From the NCBI GenBank assembly GCA_051294905.1, contig CM119372.1, positions 17,486,001-17,550,000 on the forward strand: a stretch of 64,000 bases of DNA. The letters run 5' to 3'. Within the stretch, counting starts at the first letter, position 1. Each line of letters opens with the position of its first letter. Under the pieces are notes generated by a model. It made no database searches. It worked only from the letters and a program-made list of their open reading frames with translations, and was not told the origin of the DNA. Position numbers and translations under genes: made by a program. The stretch is from Botryllus schlosseri. Lineage: Eukaryota. Below are positions 1 through 11,495 of this stretch, piece by piece.

Positions 1-3000
1 CGTAGAAAAATCCTTACTACAATATGGCTTTATCATGAAAATATGCCGACCTTTGTAGTAGGCTACACAAATTGGAATGGATTCGTGATAAGTTTTGCCC
101 GACATTGGCTTCTCTGTGAAACACCGCCGGAGACCGTAGGGCTGCATTAGTCCAGCGGTGTGCGTCGGGTGCGGGCATATTTTTTGCTCAGGTATTTCGA
201 GACCAACCCCTTTCGCGTCGGGACACATGAAGACATGAAGTTTTGACCAACACGGCTTGGCCACGTGCGGCGCTAAAAACATCGGCGGCGATTAAACCTG
301 AACCGACATTGACCGTCTCTGGTTGGCCAAAACCTTCGATATTGATATGTCCGGTCGGCGAAATGGTCGCTACGGAATAGTCCCCTCCTTGCAATCTGAG
401 TAGACAGTAGTAGAAATGCGACCCACAGAAGAAAATAATTGAAATCGCGAGCGTCAGTCATGTTTCGTAGAGCTGCGTTGCGCACGACTGTTGTCTGCGC
501 CTTCTATAACTAATAACTATATGTTATACATTTCCGTAAAAATGTAGCATACGTAAAAATGGATTATTTTTTATAAGTGAGGGTTGTGTCAGATTTGGGT
601 CGCAGTCTAAAAAGTTTAAGAACCACTGCACTAAAACAATCAACTATCACCCAACGTTCATAGCAGAATTGGTTGTCCAATTTAAGATAACGCAGTGGGA
701 AATGCGGCTGTTGGTCATCATCGTAAAGTTCGAGTTCGACATTGAAGTTATGATCTTCCCATGGAAACAAAATTAAAATCAGATATGTTTAAAAGGGTGA
801 AGGAATTGTAGAATATTAATATACGCAAGCTGAGAAAATCCTCATCACAAGACATGAACGATTAAACATGAACATGGCAAACTACTTGCACTATATATTC
901 AGTTATGCGCTGTGCAGACATGTAGCACTAGAACATAGCGCATATAAGTAACCTGAAGTTTCATGAACAATGATGGGACCGAGATATCTCTGTGCAGGGG
1001 CGGGCAACTTCTCCGGTCGGCAGGCCGGATATGGGAAAATGAAGCACTTGGCGGGCCGGATTAAAAGGAGTATATACATTAATGGCGTATTTATCCACCT
1101 TTACAAGGAATAAATCGTATTTAATGTAAACTTTAAGTTTATAGCATAGAGACCAAAAACAGTATTTAATGAATTTATTCACAGTAGCAGTTGCAGTCAA
1201 TCAGACATCTATTATCGGTCAGAGTTGTCAATAAGTTCTTTGAACTCTGGCTGCATGTCGTATGTAGAAACCTTTAGTGAAGACTGCACGCTAACATCAG
1301 TTATATTGGAACGCAACCATTTATCGTTAATGTTCATGGTCGAAAATATATGTAGCCTACACCTTAACAGAGCAAGTAGTTTCATATCCATCTTTCTCAC
1401 GTAGGCAAACTTGGATTCATTCTGTGACGCATAAAATTTGTCAATACTTTCAGAATATAATTTCACTTCCAGGGTCAAAACTCTCTGCGGGCCGGTCAAA
1501 ATCCCTTCGCTGGCCGGATCCGGCCCGCGGGCCGTATGTTACCCGTCCCTGCTCATGCAGTCTACACATGCAGTGGCTTGATTCCTGAAATTGGATCGCA
1601 ACAAAGCATGATGTCATTGGTGTGCATCACTCTTACTGTGAAGCAGGGGTGTCAAACATAAGGCGCGTGGTTCTGGAAAATGGTTGTATTATCCGGCACA
1701 TTTCTAACAAACGTTGACATTTATGGTTATGAAATATCTTCATAAAATAATACCTCAAGACAGCAAATGTCGAGTATGTTCATAAGCCACGTACCACATA
1801 ACCATCCGAAAGTGGTGTTGCTGGTACACTGCAGTCACCATCAGCAACAAGTAGCCAGACTTGGACAACTAGATAATTCTAGTTGTCTAATTTCACTAAA
1901 TTAGATCGAAATGCCAGTAATCTAAATCTAATCTAATTTGGAAAAGCGGAAAATGTTCTAGTTGTCCAAGTCTGCAAGCAGCTGCCATTGACACCCAATT
2001 CCGAGAGGGCAAACAGTGCACAGTGAGTTCACCGCTTTATTGGAAATGGACCAAAAAGTAGTTATTTGCAGAAGTGAAAACGTCAGTAAGAACCAGGCAC
2101 ATGCAAAAATATATATCGTCAGTCTATAAAACTATTAAATCATCGTAATTTTGCCAATTCCGTTGTTTTCGAATAAGGTGCTGATATAACAGAACCCTAT
2201 GGTTCGTGATATAGCGTATGTACATTGTACAAGTACAGGCTTGATAATTGAGTATTCATAAGGGGCATGGATTTTGAGGTAACATTTTGAAATCATTTGA
2301 CTGGTCCGGCCCGCGAGTGCTCTGAAGGTTTGAATTCGGCCCGCGACGCAAGTTAGTTTGGCACCCCTGCTGTAAAGTATCCATAACGATAAGATAATGA
2401 GCCAAATCGTCACCTGCGAATCGCCGACTGATTGCATAATCATCAATATCAATAATGATACGACGTTCCTTTCAATGCAGAGAGGCTACCGCAATATAGG
2501 ACTTGTTTCCAGACAGCGTCGTTTTATTCGACTCATTGAGATGTATTTCGCTGCATTTTAGAAATGGTGGCGTTTTCCAAAAGCTTTCGAATTCTCACAA
2601 ATATTTGAATTCGGGCAAGTGAATATTGGAAACTTGACAGACTTTACCTTTTAGTGTAGCTTACTTCTCATCAAACACGGAATGTAAGAATCGGAGCATT
2701 GACTTATAAAAGCTTGTATAAATAGGAAAAGTCGACAATAAAACCACAGCACTACAAAATTTAAGCGTTAATTTTTAGACATCATCATGAAGGCTCAATT
2801 CGATTATCGCCTGATCGCATCGCTTTATAGCTCATGTTTGGCCCTTCGTTACGGTGATGCTATCGAGAAGTTTACCAGTCCGGGAGCAAAGTCGCGTCAA
2901 ATGTTAATATTACTCCTTTTTGTGTTCCAGCGCATGCTCTTCCCAATAGACCTTGGAAAGGGACATTAAACTGTTCAATTCTTTCTGAATAGAGTTAATT

Positions 3001-3993
3001 TGTCGTTCTAATTCCTGTTGGTGGCGGACTTTCATCCTATCAACATCTTTACTGTGCTTCTCCACTTCATCCTTTTCTTTTTTCTGGTGCTCCTCATCCA
3101 CTTGATGAATCTATTGTAGATATATATGAAATTTCTTAAGTACTGAATGGATTTCAAATAAAGATACGAAGGGTGATGAAAGGTTTGGATTTGGTGGGTG
3201 CGAAGAAACGTTCGTTCGTGATTCGCCGAATTATAACTCTTATTATATATTCAGTTGGGACAGGGATATCTACATATCTAGGCTACGGACGCCATTCACG
3301 GGATTAAAAATGATTTTTGTCAAATCGGTGTTCCAAGGAAGATGGCTTGATGCGAGAATGCAACAGAGGTGGTCAAAGAAGTCACCGTTGGTAATCATGC
3401 AAGTAGAAATTGAAGTAACGCCGTGAATTCCTATTCAAGTAGTAGAGAAGTAGCGTTTCACAAGTGAGTATAAATATAAGTATTCTAGGCCAAGTTTTGC
3501 CTAAGAAACTGAATACTATCAAACAGTAGAAGCAGTATAAATAATTCATAACCACTGTGAGTGGGCAACATATACTTGAAGCATTTCAAAAAATGAAGTA
3601 TCGTTACTGACCACCTCTGGAATATAACACAGATATATATGCGCTACTAGTTAAAATTGGGATACTGGTTTTTAAAAAATAGTGGACACCTGTACATCGA
3701 CTTGTTTTCGGAATTTCTCAACATCGCGATTATGTAGTTCTTTGATTGTTTTCATTTCCTGACGATGCGCTGCCCCAAGCCATAACACATCTAGAAAGGA
3801 AACGAATTCCGTTCCAGGTTTGCTATTATTATATTATCTGAGGTCACGCACCTGCAATCAGCAAAATGCACAGTATGCACACGGCGATAAATAATTCACA
3901 AACGGCTGGGGAATCCTTTCTCACTCTTTTGAAGCTTCTTCCTAGTCTCGATAAAACCCGTGGGCATCGACACCTCATGGACGGATGTGCCAT
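1..3993 (-). CDS. Gene A: type II single-pass membrane protein with coiled-coil stalk, possibly ending in a C-type lectin-like domain (3' end uncertain, may run off the window)
   Basis: Phase-compatible GT-AG exons 3993-3852, 3790-3690, 3110-2914, 2468-2414 and probably 754-651. Translation: MAHPSMRCRCPRVLSRLGRSFKRVRKDSPAVCE-LFIAVCILCILLIADVLWLG (TM)-AAHRQEMKTIKELHNRDVEKFRKQVDVQIHQVDEEHQKKEKDE...QQELERQINSIQKELNSL (coiled coil)...NVVSLLILMIMQSV. The ATG lies in AAAACATGG context with an in-frame upstream stop. Terminal exon(s) below 395 are ambiguous. Confidence 0.7.
190..385. mobile_element. Degenerate palindromic (foldback/MULE-like) MITE; a related copy lies at about 63828-63885
   Basis: Imperfect inverted arms, e.g. 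gaagttttgaccaac (236-250) versus gttggccaaaaccttc (322-337). The motif ggacatatc(a/g)atatcga..gtt(t/c)ggccaac recurs at 63848-63879, inside another MITE. Confidence 0.5.
995..1551 (-). mobile_element. Non-autonomous hAT (Charlie/SPIN-like) element with a C-terminal transposase remnant
   Basis: TIRs CAGGGGCGGGCAAC...GTTACCCGTCCCTG. The minus strand encodes FSTMNINDKWLRSNITDVSVQSSLKVSTYDMQPEFKEL. A second copy is at 60999-61535. Confidence 0.85.
1644..2369. mobile_element. hAT MITE (CAGGGGTGTCAAAC family) with a nested 119-bp MITE at 1856-1974
   Basis: TIRs caggggtgtcaaac / gtttggcacccctg; TSD ctgtgaag/ctgtaaag. Nested element cagacttggacaactaga...tctagttgtccaagtctg with TSD caagtagc/caagcagc. 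Confidence 0.85.
3364..3619. mobile_element. hAT MITE (CAGAGGTGGTC family, rich in AGTA motifs)
   Basis: TIRs cagaggtggtca / tgaccacctctg; TSD gaatgcaa/gaatataa. Relatives at about 16534, 25408-25940, 44334-45213, 53800-54028 and 59150-59435. Confidence 0.75.
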
Positions 3994-5636
3994 GTTTTGA
4001 TTTTTGATGCGTGTTTGTCACTGGGCTTTCTGCGTTAAAAGAAACTCCTGGTTGTGATATTTTCGGAGCACACAAACTCTGGTGTATCCCTCCCGATTAT
4101 CTATTGGCTTTTACTTTAAATTTACTGCAACATCTAATTGAACAGACGCATTTGACCATATGTAGCGTACCAAGTGAACGAACATTCAGAATGGCCAAAT
4201 TTAACCTTAACGTAACGACAATATATAGCCATTGGATTTATTGCAAGCATTGTTGATATAACATTATTCATCCGCCTTAGTATGGTATCAAATATAAACA
4301 GTATTGTAGTGCTCCATGAACTGAATATGAACATGTCGGATTTAACCAGGAGGTAAGTCCACATTTCAGTCATTTGACAAGTCACGATCAACTTTCAAGA
4401 ATCCCATCCCATCTCCTTCACAGATCAAAGCCTGGTCGATATCACATCATAATAGAGTATAGTCAACCTAGAAAAACAATCTCCACAAGTCCAGACGCAT
4501 GAACATTTTACAACATTGCTTAATTGGACTTTGCTACAAGATCAGTTAACTGTGACTGTATCGCCTCCGGCATAAAACCCATCCGCTTGAATGAATAAAT
4601 CTGACGTGGAGTAAACTCTGGAATCAGCAATTTGATATCCAAATTATAAGCTAATGCTGGTGTATTGATAATGAAATATTATCTTATCCTCAATCCTCGT
4701 GTTTCCCGGTCCTGCGTTAGCATAGCTTGCAGTTACCATATTTTGAGATCCAGAAAATAGGACACTTTTTACAAATCAAAATATATGTAATAGAGGACGA
4801 GAAAAATGGTAATTTGAAAATCTTTACAGGAAATTCTGTAGTGTTGACTAAAAAAGGTCACTCTTCCGTCTCGACTCCTGAAAGACCCACTCGAGCGTCC
4901 CGATTCCACGTTTCGTGTCATTTAAATCGTTTTTAGTTGTGCCTGTACAATTGCCTGGCTCTGAATTATGCTATAAAGGAGGACGAATTGCCGAAAAGGA
5001 GGAAATGATTGGGCGTCCTCGGAGGACATTGTCGATTTCCTGAAAAACGAGCACAAATTCTCCTAAAGAAGGCAGTATAGTACATAACCATGATACAATT
5101 AGATCAATATTTACGATTGTCAATATTATTTGGAAAGTGACGCTTGTGAACCATTGATCTTTTGCACCACGTGTGTGCTGATAACTATACTTCAGAAAAG
5201 GGTTCAAAAAGTATCCCTCACAAGACGCATTCCACTATGGGGGTTATAATATCCTAGTTGCGGAGAGGTGAGAGCGTTTTCAAGGGAAAACACGATACCA
5301 TAATAATTTCACGATTCAGCGAGAAATTGGCGGGTGAAAATCAAGTCGAGAACAATATAGCCTATTATAAAACGCGCCGTTTCTGGAGTTTGCGTTTTCC
5401 CAATACGTGATCTCCATGCATTTTAAATGTGATCTCGTACGGGAAAATGACCGGACCTTAGGTGGAATAAAATTCAATCGATGCTTGAGGCAGCACCATG
5501 GAGGTGTTTTGACGATGGAGATGCGAAGGAGCTGCAAGATTATTGAAACAGCTCAACCATCTTCCTCTGCATGCTACCACATTGGATCCGGTCTTGGAAA
5601 GCGATGGCGCTGACATCTCTACTCTACTACATATCA

Positions 5637-5930
5637 ACAATCAATAATAATCGTCAAATTATATTTTCATCTGTAACACGCACAGCGCGATGTAATGAGC
5701 AGATGGGAGGATACCTAACGACCAGTTGCAGTCTCTTAAACTGCCCTACACCCCGACCTATTGCCTGATGTCTTGCTCTTTCCATGCGTTGTGAGTGCGC
5801 CCTTTCATCGGGTCTTTTTCAACGTAAAACAGCGAAACGGGGGGAGTGATGCACAGAATAACCTCCGTCTCGGAATCGAACCGGGTGGCCCGTGCAGCAG
5901 GTGATTATCGTCACCACTGGACTGCACCCG
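5637..5930 (-). mobile_element. tRNA-derived SINE
   Basis: The minus strand begins cgggtgcagtccagtggtgacga (A box) ... ggttcgattccgagacggagg (B box GGTTCGATTCC), followed by a non-tRNA body of about 220 nt ending in ATT-type repeats. No intact cloverleaf. Confidence 0.7.
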
Positions 5931-7070
5931 TTGTTGGTTACTTAAAGTTCTTGCGAGTCGTATTGGTGAAAAGTCCAATATAGTGATTTCGATGTCAAAT
6001 AATTACACGGCATTCATCAAAACGCCAAAAGCCTAGCACTGGTTTACGTTAGTTATAGTTATAGTATAGATTACTAACCTTCGTAGGTTAGTAATCTATA
6101 GTTATAGTTGCCTGTTTAGCGACCAAAATATATTCCTATGAGACCGGATTCTCCGGTAATCTGCTTGGTTGTTCCGTTTGAGCAATTCGCAAAACAAACC
6201 GCAGAAGACAGAGACAGGAAAGAGGCATTTTACTCATCTTTAGATGGATAGCGTCATAGCGGGACGTGACTAATTGACTAAATTGCAATGTATCGTGGAA
6301 TTATTTATGTCTTATGGCTTACTATACTAGACCCACGTTTGTTTTATATATTGAGCCAATTCACGACAAAAATCAGTTCCGTACCATCGCCGTTCTGGAG
6401 GTGACGTTGTTTTGTTAAATTTGATAGACTACAGATACAGAGGGAGTTTACTACGAAAGATATGAGGTCTAATTTTCGTGAAATCTTATACAGTTTCGCT
6501 GTTTCCAAATTTCGATATTATATAAGCTCTTCCTTTACTCCCCTATAATTATTGAATAACATTATCAATAATACTCAGACGCACTTGAGTCATGTTAACT
6601 AAGGTCGTTTTTCATACCGGTTCATTTTATGGAGTAACTCGAGATGTACACCAATGTTCCAGGCTTCAGGTAGCCCTTCAAAGCATTGCAGGTACAGAAA
6701 AGGATTTCCCGTAGTCTCATTTCATCAGTGTCTTGCAGTTGAGTTGTCATAGCCGATTTTGCAGTATCGTAATATCTTGACACTTGACGATTACCAGTGA
6801 ACCCAGCCTCACAAACCCAGCCCTCGGTGAACCCAGCCCTCGGTGAACCCAGCCCTCGGTGAACTCGGCCCTCGGGGACTTTTGTAATTAAGTGTATTAC
6901 CAAGTATTATTATAAATTATTAAACTAATAATGTTATTATCAACTGATTTGTCGATCTTGTAAGGAGGTCAGGGCATGCGTAGATCACGCAGTCATTGAA
7001 ATGCGATGCGTGCAGCATGTGGTGCCACATTGATTGTGGGATTACCAGTGAACTCAGACCTCGGTGAACT

Positions 7071-7618
7071 CAACCCTAATATCCCACCTGCACCAACCCT
7101 AATATCCCACCTCCATCAACCCTAATATCTCACCTCCGGCAACGCTAATATCCCCCCTCCCCCAACCCTAATATTCCACCTCCGGCAACCCTAATATGTA
7201 ATATCCCACCTCCGGCAACCCTAATATCCCACCCCCACCAACCCTAATATCCTACCTCCGCCAACCCTAATATCCCACCTCCATCAACCCTAATATCTCA
7301 CCTCCGCCAACGCTAATATCCCCCTCCCCCAACCCTAATATTCCACCTCCGGCAACCCTAATATCCCACCTCCACCAACCCTAATATCCTACCTCCGCCA
7401 ACCCTAATATCCCACCTCCGGCAACCCTAATATGCCACCTCCACCAACCCTAATATCCCCCCTTCCCCAACCCTAATATCCCACCTCCGGCAACCCTAAT
7501 ATCCCCCCTCCACCAACCCTAAGATCCCACCTACGGCAACCCTAATATCCCCCCTCCCTCAACCCTAATATCCCACCTCCGACAACCCTAATATCCTACC
7601 TCCACCAACCCGAATATC
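7071..7618. repeat. 23-bp minisatellite (CAACCCTAATATCCCACCTCCRSC); continues at 8970-9030 after the hAT insertion
   Basis: About 24 tandem units read directly, each containing AACCCTAA. Confidence 0.95.
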
Positions 7619-8969
7619 CAGGCCGTGTTATTTTTGGCATTTCAGGAGCCAGATGCCAAAACTGCCAAAAATAAAAATTTGAAAATGCCAAAAATAAGCA
7701 ATTTTTGGCATATGCCAAAAATAACGCGGCCTGCCAAATAGTGTATTTCGTTCGTGGTGTTGTGTTAACAGGACCGCGTTACAAGCGAGAAGAGCGTTTG
7801 TGACAGGCAGGTTTCTTAATCTGGGTCCAGCCCACCCATTAGGGGTGAAAGCATGGTGTCCTAAATGGTGTGGGCACGGCGTGATTGAACGGCTGACTGC
7901 ATTTGGTTTACGTCATACTTTCCATTTGTCCAAAGGCAATTTTACGACCATTTTTGACCGGCTTGTCGAGCACTAAATTTGATAAAACGGGCATCAATGA
8001 GAAGCTGCCGCAGTACTGATTATTAAAATATAAATTATATTCTGCTCATGGAGCTGGAACCCCTAAAATCAACCACGATTTTTGCATTGTGATCGAGTTG
8101 AACATTGTGACGCAACAAACTGTCTGGCTATTTCTGAGCTGCATAGTCTCGTTTTACAAGACAGTCTTGTTGCGTCAATGTTCTTAAACAAGATAATCTT
8201 CCCAGGACTCTTCCATGCAAGTTTGTAATATTAAAGCCACCTGAAGTGACAAAAGTCCTCCGAAAATATATCGGTAGACTGAAGGAGAAATGATAGTCGG
8301 GCTACTAAATGGAATGTGTTGAGAGACAACATAGGAAACTCCTGGAAAAGGATCAGGAAGAAAATTCTTTCCGCGATGAGATCGATGGCACTGGCGAAGT
8401 GATCTCTTTTCATGATGCATGGAAGCCGGTTCGGCCCTCCAAAGATTTTGAAGCTCGGAAAACCTTTTGTGGATGACTGGCAACATTCTTTCCCTCAACG
8501 GCTACTGTTGAAGCCGATATTTCCCAGATTCGCTGGGCGAGAAATGAATTTAGGAGAAACTTAGCTGACCTGAGTTTGGAAGCACTGTTACAGTGCAAAC
8601 GATTTAAGTCTATTCAACAGCTGTAACAATCAGCTATTGAGCGTGTTTGTTAGGCTTTTTTTTTGCTTATTGGCACCGAGTCCGATGGATACTGCACATT
8701 TTGTGGTTTCGTTTGATATTATTAACCTATGAAATCGTTAGGTTTTTTCTTCTTATTGTTTGTTGGCACTGATTATACGTGGATGCTGCACATTTTGTGG
8801 TGTCTTTTGACAAACTAGCCCAAATAAAGCGTTTTTGTGACTAATTCGAGGCTGAAACTATCTATCTATTTAGAGGACGATGCCAAAACTGCCAAAATTA
8901 AAAATAGAAAAATGCCAAAAATAAGTTATTTTTGGCAGTTTTGGCATATGCCAAAAATAACACGGCCTG
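7619..8969 (+). mobile_element. Non-autonomous hAT, copy 1 (1.35 kb, three TIR copies)
   Basis: TIR caggccgtgttatttttggca / tgccaaaaataacacggcctg; perfect TSD cgaatatc. A near-identical inverted copy is at 16929-18284. Confidence 0.95.
8198..8626 (+). pseudogene. hAT transposase C-terminal (dimerisation-domain) remnant with in-frame stops
   Basis: One frame reads LPRTLPCKFVILKPPEVTKVLRKYIGRLKEK**SGY*MECVERQHRKLL...SFHDAWKPV...FCG*LATFFPSTATVEADISQIRWARNEFRRNLADLSLEALLQCKRF. This matches the hAT P-x-T-x-x-VE-x-x-(F)S...R-x-x-L pattern. Confidence 0.8.
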
Positions 8970-9568
8970 CGAATATCCCACCTCCACCAACCCTAATATC
9001 CTACCTCCGCCAACCCTAATATCCCAGCTCCCAGCTTTAATTCAAAATTGTTCGGGGGCGGAATTCACCGAGGTCCATAGTATTCGAGAAACACCATGAA
9101 TACCACAAAACAAACACGTAGAGTATGTGAGCGTCGCGTTATCTCCCCCGCTTACTCAATCCGTGAATACAAAATTTTCCGAGGGCCGAGTTCACCGAGG
9201 GCCGAGTTCACCGAGGGCTGGGTTCACCGAGGGCTGGGTTTGTGAGGCTGGGTTCACCGGCAACCCACTTGACAGGCTGCGTATTACTATAATTCCCAAT
9301 GCTTTGCTTGCATAAAAACAATATTCAAAGACTTTGCAGGTTCTCAAATTTGTATGAGCTTGGGCTGGAGATTTGTGTAAGGTATAATTTGGTCATTTCC
9401 ATAATATTTCGAATCTAAATGAAGCATCTATGAACAAATCAATGTGAAAGTAAAATACATTATCTGGATTCCTGGATATATAGCTTGTTGCTGTATTAAT
9501 CTCAAGGTGTTGTGTTCAGTTTTACATGTTGTACCGTACGTATCATTGAATTTTATCATAATCTATGG

Positions 9569-11099
9569 CAGAGGTCTCAAACTAAAATGTGCTCGCGGGC
9601 CAATTTCCTAATTTGCGATGACCCGCGGGCCGCAGCATCAATAGATAGGGGTATTCAATCTATAATATCCAACTAGGCCTTATTTAACGGCCCCTTGCAG
9701 ACAGGCATTCCACAGCCATCGAGAAAATGTAATTTACTATTATACTATTCACCCTTGGCACGAACAAATCACATTTTCAAATATTTGAATAAAATAGTTT
9801 TTGTGCCGGGCATAATTTGTTCGAAATAATGAGTTTAGACATCATGCGAGAGGACGCATGAAGATATCGTAAAAGCTGTCGGGTTCTAATATTGCAGCTA
9901 TTGGACCTTTGAAAAGCCACAATTTTATGTAGAATATTTTAGAATTCACTGCAGATTGATCTGATATCAGAGCATGTGAGCGGTGTAGCCTAATCGGGGT
10001 TTCTGATATAGGTACTCGTCTGCCAAAGTCAAATTAAACCAGCGTTAGGTTTTCTTCGATTAATATTGGAACAGATCAATAACAACTTAAATATAATCAT
10101 TATTGTTCAGTAGTAATAGCATTGTTTCTTAACCGTTTTAGCGATCGTACCCCTTGTACTTTCAATTAGATTTCCACTGACCCCTGTCGATTTTCAACAC
10201 AATTTCTGATGGGACCTATAAAAATCAGAAAGCCCATTCACATAAAACCGCGCGTAGCGCGAAGAATATTTTCCAGTTTAATAAATTAGCCCAGAAAATA
10301 TTCCACAGCATATAGGCCAATTTCCACATTGCATCTGGTACCCTCTATGGTGCTTTGTACCACGAAGGGGATACGGACCCCTGGTTAAGAACCCCTGGAA
10401 TAGAAATGACTAATCGCGGAAGAATCAATTGGTGTTACAGCTGTTGAGCGTACCACTACCTTACTCGCCACCGATAATGACATGGACAGAGAGAACAAAC
10501 AACATCCAGGATGTAACCAAATATACGTCACAGAATGCCAATGGTTTCCATACGGACCTGATTAGATATCTATATTAAATATACCCTGCTCAACGCAAGC
10601 TACGGGCTTTTGATATTAGAATTCCCCACGACAGCTTCCCAGATTTTTGCGTCCGTAGGATTGCCAAGTCACTATTCCGAGAGGCAAGTCCTTCTCTGAT
10701 TTTAGCGTTCGACCCTACTCAACTCGAGTCATTTTTAGTTTATCACTCAGTCAATCCAAAATCGAGTAATTTGACGAAAGGTCGCACCTAACAAAATCAC
10801 AATTTTCAGTCACGAATCATCGACGGTTCATGTTTTGTCATCATGAACCTGAAATGTGACGTAATAGCGATCTTCCACTGCATGGTCGATTTTAGGAAGC
10901 GATGTGATAGTGAAGTTTGTTTAGATTTCAGGTATTTGTAGTAGTTTTAGAGTGAACTTTAAGTTCCTAAATCTGAAAAAAGATATATGACACTAGAATA
11001 TATTGTCGAATACTTGAAATTGAAAAATGCATTTGTGGGCCGCACAAAATGTTCTCGAGGGCCGCATGCGGCCCGCGGGCCGCGTGTTTGAGACCTCTG
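9569..11099. mobile_element. hAT non-autonomous element (CAGAGGTCTCAAAC family) with a nested MITE at about 10120-10397
   Basis: TIRs cagaggtctcaaac / gtttgagacctctg; perfect TSD atctatgg. Inverted relative at 21365-22532. Confidence 0.9.
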
Positions 11100-11495
11100 A
11101 TCTATGGTAACTTGCAAGGTTGTGCAAAATGTGCAGAGACAATATGCCCATTGCCCATGCATGCGTCACTTTTACAATATTTTCATCTTTAGCAGATGTT
11201 GCAGGTTTTGTGTGTTTTACAGTAGGCCTACCAGTGTTGCTAGTGTTAGCAACCAAGCTGTACTGTTAAATCAGTTTTTGCTTATTAGTCCAGTTCTGAA
11301 ATTATGTTACTCTGTAATCTGTATTTGTATAACCATCATGTAATGGCATATTGATTGCCATTCATCAACAGGATCTCATTGTATCACGGTTATCAGCCGA
11401 TCCACTGACCTAGATCTTGTCATGGTAAGGTGATCAAAAAAGACCTATCTATCATCAGTTCGGTAATCCGACGTGATGTTGATTTTGTTACAGGT

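Larger units (their letters stand above)
6789..9265. mobile_element. MULE/foldback-type non-autonomous DNA transposon containing a minisatellite and a nested hAT
   Basis: TIRs of about 85 bp built from 16-bp units (cggtgaacccagccct) at 6789-6875 and 9179-9265. Perfect TSD cacttgac at 6781-6788 and 9266-9273. Frameshifted PHD-finger remnant CRSC...SLKCDACSMWCHIDC at about 6950-7050. Confidence 0.85.

Noticed and set aside
17..190. Selenocysteine or readthrough at TGA 188-190 (frame stays open afterwards)
   Set aside because: No SECIS or readthrough context is visible, the upstream frame is probably transposon-derived, and another frame is more protein-like.
953..989. 37-nt cassette exon of gene A with an acceptor abutting a MITE TIR
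   Set aside because: It shifts the frame and its pyrimidine tract is transposon-derived. The model is consistent without it, though RNA data are needed to exclude it.
4130..4700. Possible decayed LINE reverse transcriptase
   Set aside because: Only faint motif traces; it cannot be supported without a search.
5862..5930. tRNA gene
   Set aside because: A and B boxes are present, but there is no proper cloverleaf and the sequence continues into a SINE body and tail.
7071..7618. CRISPR array or true telomere
   Set aside because: There are no unique spacers and no pure (TTAGGG)n. It is a minisatellite inside a transposon in eukaryotic DNA.
8231..8413. SAIDLIAERIFF resembling a Cys-loop receptor M4 helix
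   Set aside because: It is the antisense reading of the hAT transposase remnant.
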